Assembly: GCA_050084515.1 (NCBI GenBank)
Contig: CM114271.1
Coordinates: forward strand, 17,732,001 to 17,796,000
Direction: 5' to 3'
DNA from: Blasia pusilla
Lineage: Eukaryota
DNA: 64,000 bases
Shown here: positions 14,575 to 26,004 of the stretch, piece by piece
Position numbering within the stretch: the first letter of the stretch is position 1
Layout: each line of letters begins with the position of its first letter
Position numbers and translations under genes: made by a program
The notes under the pieces: generated by a model
What the model was told of the DNA's origin: nothing
Seen by the model: only the letters and a program-made list of their open reading frames with translations
Database searches by the model: none

Positions 14575-15577
14575 AGGAGAGTATTCGAGTGTTAGATCTC
14601 TTTGGAGGTATTAGCACCGGGTTAGCTGTTGTTTTGCAGGCAAGAGTGCGAGTCCAAAATACCGGTGTATGGAGAGTGATGATGTCTCGAGGTGCGTCTC
14701 ACTACGACATGTGGCGTAGTTACACCTACCTTTTCCCGACTTATTATCTGTGTGCACGGTACAGGGGTTCTAAAGTTCCCTACCGGGGGATATTTTCTTG
14801 CTGGGGGCGCAAGACTTAGAGCGGGTAGGGACCATTGATTTGGTCATTGCCGATTGGCCATGTGAGGGCCAATCGAGTGCTGGACGAGGCAACGGATTGG
14901 CTGACACTCGCTCAGGTTTTTTTGGGAGATGTTGAGGGTCTTACGGTTGTTGCAAGAGCACTTGTCTCGTTCTCCAACCTACATTCTGGAGAATGTGCCG
15001 ATCTTAGGAGACTCCAGGTCACGGGTGGTGACGAGTGCTCATCAAGTGCGTGCCAAGATCAGCCCTGCAGTGTTCTTGGATGCGGCGAGTGTAGGTTCTA
15101 GAGCCCATCGCCCATGTCTATGGTGTACCAACTTGGTGCCCATGCGGTGTTATGGAGGGCGCATGCAAGAGTGGAGCGCCCCTTTCATTTGTTAGTGCAT
15201 TCCATTCTAGATCCTGGTCGTCGATCTTGGGCGGTGAGGCACGATGATCGACCACCATTGACTGTGGTCAACAGGGTAGGCAGGCCGCGGGCTGCCTTGC
15301 CTAGGTTTGTGAGTTTTCCTATGCATAAAAGGAGGCTAGTCTTGGCTTGGTTTGGGATGATCAAGTTCAGCGATTGGTGGAGCCCAACGCCGACAAGAGA
15401 GAGCGAGCAATGGGATTTCCCACAAGAGTGACAGCAGTACCGTCAGTGTTAGAGGCATCACGATGCTATGTCTTGGGTCACACAATGGACCTAAACATCT
15501 TAACATGGATCCTCAGCTTGGGAGTGGCTGAGCAGCGCCATATGAGATCGCGAGAGATTACAACGGTTGCGTGGTGA
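14575..15577 (+). pseudogene. C5 DNA (cytosine-5) methyltransferase catalytic domain, DNMT3-like, inside retrotransposon pol (frameshifted)
   Basis: Motifs in canonical order: I IRVLDLFGGISTG (14583-), IV IDLVIADWPCEG (14834-; PC at 14858-14863), VI YILENVP (ENV from 14989), VIII GSRAHRPCLWCTNL, IX EPNADKRERAMGFP, X RCYVLGHTMDLN. Confidence 0.9.
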
Positions 15578-15929
15578 GCCCCATGCCTACCGAGATGGTG
15601 GAGGCATTGGCTGGGGGTGAGACCCAAGGAGATCTACATACTAGGGGAGATTGAGAGAAACACCCTTGGACTTCTTGGGATGTTTTGCACGTACGCCAGG
15701 AGATGATAGCCACAACATCGAGTGTGGTTAAGGGCACTGCACGTGGAAGAGATCAAAGTTTGCAGTTGGCTGTAGGAGAGCGGCTGAGTGTTGTTGTTCG
15801 AGACGGGGTTGCACCATAGCAACCACTGATACCTACGCCGGAGAGTCCTATCGTAGTCACGATGGAGACTTGGGAGCCAGATATGGGCCCTAAGTTGACA
15901 TGAGGAGAGCGGCGCCAAATACATCATTT

Positions 15930-16858
15930 GCCCAAGAGTTATAGGAGTTGCTTTGCCTTTAGCATGGAGGATTTGGGTACGCTGAAGGGATAGGGGATCC
16001 GCATTGAGTTGTCGAGTGATACGCCAATCTTCTGACGACCCTATAGGTACAGTGATATGGAGAGGGATCTGATTCAGAGTAGGAGCCCGGACTTGGTCGG
16101 AGCAGGACTAGTGGAGATGTCGCATGGGGAATATGCATCTGCCACTGTCATGCTCGCCAATAAGGATTTGCATGGCAATTGGACGGATAGGCGGATGTGT
16201 GGGATTACCGACTTATTAATCGGAAGACGAAGTTTGATAGGTATGCCATGCCTACCCTCGAGGAGATCTATGATGCGATTGGTCACGCAAAGGTCTTCGG
16301 TTCATTGGATTTGTGAGCCGGATATCATCAGCTGCCTATCAGATTGGAGGATAGGCAGAAGAAGATATTTTCAGGCATCAATCCTCACAAGAAGGATTGT
16401 TTGTACCAGTGGCGCTTCTTACCATTTGGGTTAAAGAACGCCACGGCCGAGTTTTCACAGGGTCATGGATAGGATCTTGGCTGGTCTAGATTTTTCTAGG
16501 TGTTATTGATGAAATCGTAGTCTTTAGCGCCACGGTCGAGGAGCATGAGCGACATCTAGAGGAAGTGTTTTCACAATTGCAATTACATGGACTAAAGCTA
16601 CATCCTGGCAAGTGCAAGTTCTTCTACGACCAGATTGAGTACTTGGATCATACGATATACGTAGGGGGCCTTTGTGTTCAGCAGACAAAGGTAGAGGCTA
16701 TCTCACGCATTCCACGCCTTACAGATATGAGCCGTGTTCGCGCATTCATGGGATTGGCGAAATTATATTGGCGGTACATCAAGGGATTCAGTTTGATTGC
16801 AAAGCCGTTGACCTTGCTGGCCAAGGTGGATCACGAGTGGCATTGGGGGGATGAGTAG
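15930..16858 (+). pseudogene. Reverse transcriptase (gypsy type, disrupted)
   Basis: RPYRYS, RRMCG/DYRLIN, FGSLDL*AGYHQL, LPFGLKNA, a degenerate YIDD (reads IDE after a deletion near 16503) and LKLHPGKCKF...EYLDHTI. Confidence 0.92.
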
Positions 16859-16879
16859 GAGCAAGCATTTCAGTTGCTC

Positions 16880-17290
16880 AAGGAGAGGTTGACGTCGCGC
16901 CCATCTTGAGGAGACCGATTAGGGGCGTCCTTTCCAATTTCACACAGATTGGAGCATCTTGGGGCTTGGAGCGGTGCTCACTCAGCATGATGAGGAGGGT
17001 AGAGAGTTCATGGTGGCTTACGCTAGCCGCTCGAACAAGGTTGCTGAGGCGAAGGACAACTCGTATGAGGGTGAGTGTTTGGTTGCAGTGTGGGCTGTTG
17101 TGCATTTTAGGTGTTACTTATTCGACAATCCCTTTACCATCATCACTGATCATCAACCACTGAAGTGGTTGATGGAGTCCGACAAGCTTACAGGGAAGCT
17201 TGCGAGATGGGCTCTGTTGTTGCAGGAGTATGATTTTTAGGTGGTATATAGACCTGAGATGCTCAACCAGGATGCAGATGGGTTGAATCG
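16880..17290 (+). pseudogene. RNase H of the gypsy element
   Basis: FHTDWSILGLGAVLTQ...VAYASRS...SYEGECLVAVWAV..F...ITDHQPLKWL...LARWALLLQEYDF, then N.DADGL.R. Confidence 0.92.
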
Positions 17291-17629
17291 TAACCCATGC
17301 CCGAGTCAACAAGATGCAATTAGAGCTCGATGGCATGGAGAGAGTGTTGAGGAGTTAGTGCTAGGATGGCACTCGTGAGCCTATTTAGGCATGTTGGCTA
17401 TGGAGAGCCAGAGTGTTGAGACTTTGATGGCGAGGTCTAGTGGAGAGTCCTTGGATCCTAAGGCCAGTGAGGAGACAATAGGTGGTCGAGATATTTATGA
17501 TGATGTTTATGCCAGTACCTTCGTACTGGCAGCGTTGCGAGCACCGCGGGTGCTAGAGAGCGGGATCGGATCCTACAACGGGCCTGACGGTTCCGTTGGG
17601 AGGGGACACATGTTTTGAGGGTTTGGGAG

Positions 17630-17791
17630 GATGGTAGAGTATGCGTAGTGCGGCATCCTTTGTAGAGAGCACAACTAGTGCAACATGCCCACGAGGAGTT
17701 GGATCACTTTGGGGTGAAGCACACGTACAACTTGCTCCTGATTCAGTATTGGTGGCATGGCATGCAGGCTGACGTTACAACAGCAGCAGCA
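17630..17791 (+). pseudogene. Integrase N-terminal zinc-binding fragment (truncated)
   Basis: LVQHAHEELDHFGVKHTYNLLLIQYWWHGMQADV is the H-x-H...YWW..M..DV pattern of gypsy integrase. The sequence then jumps directly into LTR sequence. Confidence 0.8.
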
Positions 17792-18082
17792 GACCCGCTA
17801 CAGTAGGTCAAGAGCCAAGGAGGTGACTTGCAAGTATATATACCGTTGAGAGGGCTTGGGAGAGGGAAGGGGGTATACCTCCAAGAGAGAGAGCTTGAGA
17901 GCTCGTTCTCTCTTTGTTGAACCTCTTGGCATAAGGCAGCGGAGCTATGGTCCCTTGCCTTGTGAGTGTAACCCAAGCCGCTCATTAGGAGAGTGGGTTT
18001 GGTTTGACATGAGAGAGAGAGAGAGTGTACACCTTTGAGGGTATGGTGTGAGATGGTGTAGAGAGAGATTGGATCTTACTTT
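17792..18082 (+). repeat. Partial right LTR (first ~217 bp missing)
   Basis: Aligns to 9796-10080 at roughly 90% identity by eye, with a GA-repeat length difference. Terminal ACA absent. Confidence 0.85.
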
Positions 18083-20382
18083 TTTGGAGATATTTTGGTA
18101 CTTCTCGCCTCTGTGTATGAATGCCATGAGTTAGCATGGGATCGTGTGTGTTCGATGACAACGATGTATGTTGTGTAGCGATGTGTATGCGCACGATAGA
18201 GTGGTTAAAAGCAAGCGATTGTAAATCTCTCGAAGGTTTTTTTTATGTAGGTTTGGATCATAGATCGGCCACATGTTCAAACATGTAACCGTAGAAATGA
18301 ATGAAAGCGCGTTACGTGCAACGTATTGCGCCTCGTCGTCGTCGTCGGGACGCATTCTTGCAACCTTGTGCCTTCGAGCATTCTAATTTGCATATTCGTC
18401 TTCCATTACCTTACCATGTGCTTTCTATGACACATGGATTTTTGGATTTTGTGCATTCAATGTTAAATTGCCTCTTTGGATGAAGCCTTCCACTACTAAT
18501 TAGAGCTTCCACCTATTCTCACTTTTACTTGTTGGGACGTTTTTGATGTGCCAAGAGGATTTGGTGAAAATATGACGTGTGCAACGTGTACATCAATATT
18601 ACATGCGAAAGAAAATCCAAAGAGAGCTACCATAAGATTCCAAAGAGGCAAGATGACACACTCTAATACAGCGGGTGCACTTTTGACCATATAATATTCG
18701 TGGAATGTTCGTTCTTTCCCGCTAACATCACCCCTTTGGCAGTAAAGTGTCCTTTTCCCCATTGGACGAAAGCGTCGAATATATGGCGATTTATATCTGG
18801 AGCATGAAGCCCCACAGATATTCTCTCGCGAACGACGAACTCAGTTGGGATCCGAAGGCGGTCGGGATTGCGTTAAGCAAGATTAGGAAGTGAGAGTCGC
18901 ACAGCCGAGGGATGGGGCGATCGCACGTCGGGGCGCTTCCCAGGGTCCGGGGCTAGCTCGTCCGTCGTGGTACGGGGCCCTTGGAGGCGACCGTCCATCC
19001 TGAACGAAATACCCCAGACCGCGACGAACTACCGAGGCCCTGGAGCCGCGCGAGCGACACGCGAATTCCGTCCCCCTGCCGTCGCCGGGACTTCCCGCAC
19101 CCGTCCGTCCCTGCTACCGAGGTAACCGAAGGTCCCGTCCCGTCCCGTCCCGTCCCGACCCGACGTTGTGTTTCCCGGCCTCTCCTTTCTTTTTCCGTCC
19201 TGCTGCCTCTGGCTCCGCTGCTGCAGCTCCTGCTCCTGTTCCTCCTGTCTTCTCTCTCCTGCGGCTCCCGGGGCGCCCTCGGTCGCTTCAAACCTTGCGT
19301 TCCAACTTCGGAGAAGCTTTTTCCCTCTTCGTCTTCGGCTTCCGCCTCAGACATCGCGCATTCGCATCTGCTGCTGCTGCAGCCATACTGGGCTAGCGTC
19401 CATAGGGAAAGGGAGGAGGACGGAAATTGGTCGGGATCCGTGGAGGAGCAGAGAACTTCGATTAGGAGGAGGGAGAGGAGAGGGAGAGGGAGAGGGTGAG
19501 AGAGGGAGGGCGTCCGGAGGAAGCGAGGGAAAAGGCGAGTTTGAGCTCAGAGTTCCCCCGCGGAGAGGTTAGGTATGGTGGACGAAAGGAGGAGAGAGAA
19601 GGGAGCTAAGGAAGCAGAAATCTGAAGTGGAGAAGGGAGAGTGAAGAAAGTGGAGGTCGGTGACTGGGTGGTGGTGAGTGGGGCGTAGTGCGGATAAAAC
19701 TCTGTCCTTAATAGACACAAGAGTATCAAGTCTTTACTGTGAGTGCTCCGTTATTTTGTCGATGCCCTTATGTGGACTCTTGGTTCTAGGTTGGGCAGCG
19801 GGATGATTGTCGTGAGGAAAGAAGTAACACCTCACTGTCTCATTGAGGCGGTGGTGTGCCTAGTGCCTGCTACCGTTGATGAAGTTCTGCATTAGGTTGT
19901 GTCTACCTGCCGATTGGCCTTGCATCTGGTCACCTCTAATTTCCCGCCGAAGTTCCAGGTCGCTCTGTTGTGATATGTACGCGTCTGAGGCGTTCACCTT
20001 GAACAGTAGTGTGTCGCGTGCGTTGAAATCTGGAAGAAAACTGAGGCGATCATTTGTACCAGGTATCATGTGGGATAGGATATGTTACAGAACGAACCGA
20101 TTCTAAAGACGAGATGCAAATTAGATGCTTGAGCACGACTCCATCATGTACTTCCCGTTCCGCCATGATGCCAATGTCAAAGAGGTCCGCACTTCACCAC
20201 TTCAACACTTCACTTGTACTGTTCTGTTTTGCGTTTGCAAGGATCTGCAAGACAGTCTGTGAGTGCAGATCATATTCTTTGCGTATTTCCATAGCTGCAG
20301 CTTGCAGAATTTTTTGAGTCTCCTGAAGCGACCTAACATAATCCAACTCAAGCTACCGAACTTCCGTAAACACTACCATTAC

Positions 20383-23300
20383 ATGGAGGTCTGCATGATT
20401 AGGTTTCCCGGTCCATAGTCAGGGTTGTGCGCTCGGCTTTCCATGATGCGGTCCATTTCGTGTTCTCCGTTCGGAAGTGATTGGAATTAGGTTACCGCAG
20501 TAGACATTTTTCTGAGAAACAAAAAACACTTTTCCCGTCCCTCTGTTGGTCTATGGTCTCGACTCCGGGGATGTAAAGCCGTGAAAGATTGACCTGCTCC
20601 GACTTTTGTTGCGACCCCACCCCTCATTCACTGTTCTCGAAGGCGTGTGTCGCTGTCCAGATTGGCCGAAATTGCTCATTTTCCGACTCAGCTCTGATCC
20701 TGCTGCAGCCAAGTGTGCGGTCTTCTAGGATAGATGGGACTGCCATTTGAACTGACTCCTGAATATCTGGTGTCTTGCAGTCTATGCTTAACAGTTCGGC
20801 CTCAACGTTGCTCGAATCCGGTAGCTCTGCCCGACCTTTCGCCACTTCGTTTTCAGCGCAGTCAGCATCGTCCCCGGTTTTCCATCACGGAGGTGTGTGT
20901 TGGGACTGGCAATGCCCTGGTTTACCCCGAGCTGCTGAAGTGAAGTTGACTGATGAAATGATGGGAGGTCTATTGTATGTTCCCGGGTTCTCTATTTTTT
21001 TTGAAAGTCGTTCGAATTTTGCTACTGCAGGTCAAGGCTTGCACAATGCCAGTTACAACATGCAGTCAGTTCCAAATGCGTTGTCAACAAGAAATCCAGG
21101 GATGGGGGTGGGCCCTCTAGTGGAGCGCATCAACCAGCTGGAAGTCTGCCTTCAGGCAGATTCGGATCGAGTAATTTGCCAGTGGGATTGTCACAGGTAT
21201 CCTATTTCTTCCTCCCATTTCACATTCAGAGGCTACAGCGGAGGCACTCCCAAAATCATTTGCAGTCTCTACCTCCTGAACCTCTGTTCAGTGCAGTAAT
21301 GCTCCAAAGTATCGAATGTTCAATGCCTAGACTTGAACTTGTCCTGGAATGCCCTTAATGACGATGGACTGGTTGTACTGGTCGCAGCTATCACATGGGG
21401 GCTTGCACGGACACTCTGCAATGACAAGTCGGGCAGGTATTAGTGTAGTAGGGAATCACACTTTCAGCAGTAGCATGAATGGTGTGGGAGGTTCTGGCCC
21501 TGGTGCCGCTCCAGGTGCAGGGTCAGTGGGTAACAGAGGAGCTATAGGAGGTTTGGGAGTTTCTCCATCGCAGATGGGAGTTGCTGGACCCCGGATTTCA
21601 AGTTCGGCTGGAAACATTGGAGGCGGAGCAGGTGTCAGTTTGGCTGGTGGCGGAAGCCTTAATAGAAGTCTGAATGCGGGTGGTGGTCTCAACGTACCTA
21701 GCTTTAATGGGTCTCGTGTGAACATGGGTCCTCTTAGCAATAGTGGTGGGATTGGTGTACAAGGGCCTGGACGGCCTGTGAACTCTTCGCTACATCAAGG
21801 GGTCAACATGTCGTCTTCCACCTACAGCCCATCTGGGGACATATTGGCAATGATCAGCAGAGGTATGTTTCCATTTCAAAGCACGGTACCTAGCACTGCC
21901 TTTGTAATTTGTACCTTGCTCTACTGGTCAAGGATTTGGACGAAGCAAATTTAAATCACTTTTGAGGGGTAAATTCTTGCAGTAAGTCCTCTGGGTGTAG
22001 TGTTGATACCATTGAACACATCATACATTAGCTTACATAGTAATGTCGGCTATCACTAAATGTTGTGTTGTTCTAAGATCCTGAAACTTGTGTCATTGAA
22101 CACAGTTGAAGCTATGGTCTGTTCTAGGATCCAAATTGGTCTAGCTGTGGTCCTGAAAGAGATATGGACTGCTCAAGTTGTCTTCTGCAAACCCATCCTT
22201 CTATTCCGAGTTAGTGTGGCAGTTGTGGAATGGAATGAAGCCTTCTGCTTTGGCAGAGAGCAGTTCTGAGAGAAAACATTTGAAATTGGGTGTAGGTCTC
22301 CACTGTACATGCATCCGGGACGGCGTCTGTCATTCTCTTTCTTCCTAGGGAGGGTTGTACTTTTTACATTAGCCTTAAGGGGTGCCCCCCCTCCTTTTTC
22401 TTTCCTTGTCATTAAGACATTGATTGTGGTCATGTGTCACCTTATTCTTACTAGCTCTGTTGGCCGCTTCTGGTTCCTGTTAGTTGAAGGACAGACAAAT
22501 TAGCCACCCTTGTATTGTGCTCATGTGTCACCTTATTTTTACTAGCTCTGTTTGGCCGCTTCTGGTTCCTGTTAATAGAAGAACGGACAAGTTAGCGACC
22601 CTTTTAGTACTGTTCAGCCTCTCAATAGTGATTTGGGCACCAGTATGTCTGGCCTCTGTGGAATTACTATGGGTCAACCTCGTGGTAATAAAGGCGCCAA
22701 TAATTGACGTAAGCTTCTGTCCTAGGATCGCGGTTATCCTTTCACCCATCCAGCAATGATGGTCAGAATTTTAGAGTTGATGTTTGCCATCATCATCCTA
22801 TTTTGTTTCTTGTATGTCAGTCTTTGCAATGTCAAGTTATGGCAGTAATTGTCTAATGTAGGGATGACCAGTCTGCAGGTGTGTCATGGAGTGGCACTAA
22901 CAATTGCTTTGGGTTTTGTGTTGGGGGCTATGGTTCAGCACCGCCACAATCTGTCTCACTCCTCGGGAGCAATTTTTCCTCATCTCCAGGATCAGGGATA
23001 CAAGTACCCTCAGCTAATGGCCAACTTGGTAGCATAGGTCTAGGAAACGATGGAGGTTCAAATGATGGAGTTTCCTTTGATATGAATGACTTCCCACAGC
23101 TGACAACTCGGCAAACTTCGGGTGGAGCACTGCAAGGTCCCGTAGGTTTGTTATTTCTCCCAATCCCAAGTATGTGGTCCCGCATTTAGTGTCTGCATTG
23201 CGGTGGCTGTTAGACACAGATATCTGAAAGCGAGTTCAGATTGTGCTTGGGTTTCTTGAATGTGCTTGGGTTCTTGTGGGGCTGTGGTGTGTGGCTTACA

Positions 23301-26004
23301 AAATTCTGTTTATTTTTCACAGCTGCTCTAAGAAAGCAAGGTGTTGCTGTCAATGCTATTGTTCAACAAAATCAAGAGTTTAGCATACAGAATGAAGATT
23401 TTCCAGCGTTGCCTGGCTTCAAAGGTCAAGTTTCATCCTTGTTGGCTTTCCTGCTCTTTTGGTCTATGAGATCTGTCAAAAGGGTTCAAAGTCCTGTTTC
23501 CGACTTCATGCATTGCATTTTTAGTACATGGAAATTTTCCCATTTGATTTGTAAGGGTAAGATTATGTTGCAAATTTGATGATGGTTATTTGATGATGCT
23601 TGTGTGCCCTACTTGCAGGAGGGAGCACTGATTTGTCCTCGGAATTGCACCACAAAGAGCAGCAGCATGAGAATGCACTTGGAGCAATTCAGTCACAACA
23701 CTTCCCGGTACACAATTGAGCAAGCCTTGGATCTTAGCTTTGGCATTTGGCGAAAATGACATGCTGCTAAATGTGATAGTTCATAACAGCAGCTTTAATG
23801 TTTGTTTACTAGCTTCTATTTATCAATATAAAGCTATGTAACACACACGGGGTCAACAATGGGAGTCCTCAGATTTCATGTGCTGTAAGTCATGTTGTAG
23901 TCCAATTACATGGTTTTACTGTGTGGAAAATATAGTACATTCTGTTGCTTTTTGTGTGAAGATTACTTAGCTGCGGGTACTTGGTAGGGTTGGAGGAGGG
24001 TCTAGACTTTCTTTAAGTCTAGGTAGTCACATGGTATTCAGTGCAGACGGGGAGGTCATCCGGTTTTTCGCTGGGAAGTTCGTACGTGCCTCACCGACAG
24101 CAGCAACAGCAACAACAACATCAAGGAAGTGGAGGATCGGTGGGGATTTCATCAGGGTCGATGTCAGGAGCGAATGCTGCAGAGCTTTCACACATGCATG
24201 CTGCAGTGAGCGACAACTTCCCATCATCCCATGGCTTCTCAGCATCTTATCATTCTCAGGTTAATGCACTCCTTAGACAGCAAGGATAGTAGATTGAATG
24301 GTTGTTATAACAGACTTCTAGCTGTCAATTGTGACGGGGCATCAAGAAATTGATGAATAAGTTGGTTCTGAAGATTCATGCTAGCAGGGCTTGTTTGACT
24401 TTGTGAACTGTTAAGCAGGTTCAGGCAGTTGTACCACCAGGTTCTGGGGGCACACAGCCATTGCGGTCAGGGGGATCCTCAGGAGTGGCTGTAAATATGG
24501 GTTCCTATGACCAGATGGTACATCAATATCAGCAGCACCAACAATCACAGCTCAGCAGACTAGGGGGACATCCACAGCCGCTTGCAGCAGTTGGACAGTC
24601 GTCTAGAGATATGGGAGGAAAATCCGTACAAGGAATTCAAGCTGCCCCTGATCGATTTGGACTGCTAGGGTTGTTGAGTGTAATAAGGATGACAGACCCA
24701 GACCTGACTACGCTAGCACTGGGAACAGATCTTACTACTCTAGGACTAAATCTCAACTCCAGAGAGAACTTGTACAAAACTTTTGCGTCTCCATGGGCAG
24801 ATGGGCCTATTAGAGGGGAACCAGAATTCACTCTGCCACAATGTTATCTTGATCAATCTCCCAGGTTGCAGGTATGCTGTTAAAAAATGCTGTCAAAAAT
24901 ATCTGTCTGACTTATACTGAACAGGTGATTTGTCTGGCTCGCTAGTTGTGAACTTGACATAGCAGTTTTGACTCCTACTCTGATTAGACCATGGCAGGGT
25001 AGGAATGAACTGCCTATTCTACTAATGAAATTTAATGAATCTTTTGTTGGTTGGCAGCCGGGCTATTTCGCCAAGTTCCAGCAGGATACCTTGTTCTATA
25101 TATTCTACAGGTGCAACTCATTACTGGACCTAGTACATCTTACCCACAGCCCAATAGGTTTTTGATTGAAGCATTGACTTGCGTCTATTCATGAACAGTG
25201 TGCTGCTTTGCAATTGGAGCACAGCATTTTCACTTCTTCCATCTGGAGACAGCAGGCACATTTATCTGAGTTGAAATAAGGCCCCTGGAGCTTCTGACTG
25301 TCTTGTTTGCCTGGTGGTGGTTTTCATATGCAGCATGCCAAATGATGAGGCTCAACTATATGCTGCTGATGAGTTGTATGTCACAACTTCTGCCCATTGA
25401 CCTCCTCTATTTGGGCATGTATAGTTGGGATTAGAATACATGGTTTCTTTTCTTTCTGTACTGTATTCAGTAAGTCATGCGAGTGGTAGGATTGTGACCA
25501 TGGATTCTGTACCTCTTCGGTAGAAAGAGAGCTTCAGACATGGATGTATTTTCAACTCATGTGGTCTAGTTTCTGAAGTGTGCTTGTGGTTGGACTGGTA
25601 TATCAGGGTGACAAGGGGTTGGTTCTACCACAAAGAGCATCACATGTGGTTCACTCCTGTTCCTAATGTGGAACCTCTAGTCAAGACAAACACGTATGAG
25701 CGTGGTTCCTATTACTATTTTGATCAGAATACCTGGGAAACGGGCCGTAAGGTATGTTGATTGCTTTTGCCGAATAATAACTGAATAGTTGCATCCATGA
25801 AAATGAAGTTAGCTTTTAGTGATGAAATTTGGGCCCTTAATCTTAAATTTAAAACTAGTTAATTAATATTTGTTAGTGCTAGTATTTGTGGATTATTGAT
25901 TGTTCAATACTGACAAGAACTTGTGTGCTGGATGGGGTCAGGAAAACTTTGTCCTTCACTTCGAAATGCTCGAAAAGAGACCGCAATTACCTTCTCAGCA
26001 TTAG
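20383..26004 (+). CDS. NOT2: CCR4-NOT complex subunit NOT2-like protein (NOT2/NOT3/NOT5 family), spliced
   Basis: GT-AG exons 20383-20388 (tentative; alternative start ATG 20784), 20781-20892, 21031-21196, 21388-21862, 22939-23145, 23323-23424, 23619-23707, 24047-24259, 24419-24871, 25058-25110, 25334-25375, 25607-25751, 25942-26004. Motifs QEFSIQNEDFPALPG, DRFGLLGLLSVIRM..PDL..LALG.DLTTLGLNLNS, LFYIFYSMP.DEAQLYAADEL, RGWFYHKE, YERGSY. One apparent frameshift in exon 21031-21196. Confidence 0.93.
22423..22603. repeat. ~91-bp tandem duplication in a NOT2 intron
   Basis: ATTGTG(G/C)TCATGTGTCACCTTATT..ACTAGCTCTGTT..GGCCGCTTCTGGTTCCTGTTA...GACAA.TTAGC.ACCCTT occurs at 22423 and 22514. Confidence 0.9.

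Larger units (their letters stand above)
9579..18082 (+). mobile_element. Degenerate Ty3/gypsy LTR retrotransposon (gag - protease - C5 DNA methyltransferase - RT - RNase H - truncated integrase)
   Basis: Direct repeat 9796-10080 vs 17792-18082 flanks fragmented ORFs carrying two zinc knuckles, LLDSG protease, RT, RNase H and an integrase His-His motif in gypsy order (RT-RH-INT). Many stops and frameshifts. Confidence 0.93.

Noticed and set aside
14575-15577. Host DRM/CMT/MET1 gene or bacterial restriction-modification contaminant
   Set aside because: Motif order is canonical I to X (DRM is permuted), no chromo/BAH domains or introns are evident, and it is embedded in and decayed with gypsy pol.
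18953-19572. Overlapping 130-170 aa ORFs upstream of NOT2
   Set aside because: Low-complexity GC-, CT- and GA-rich sequence typical of a promoter or 5' UTR; no domain motifs.
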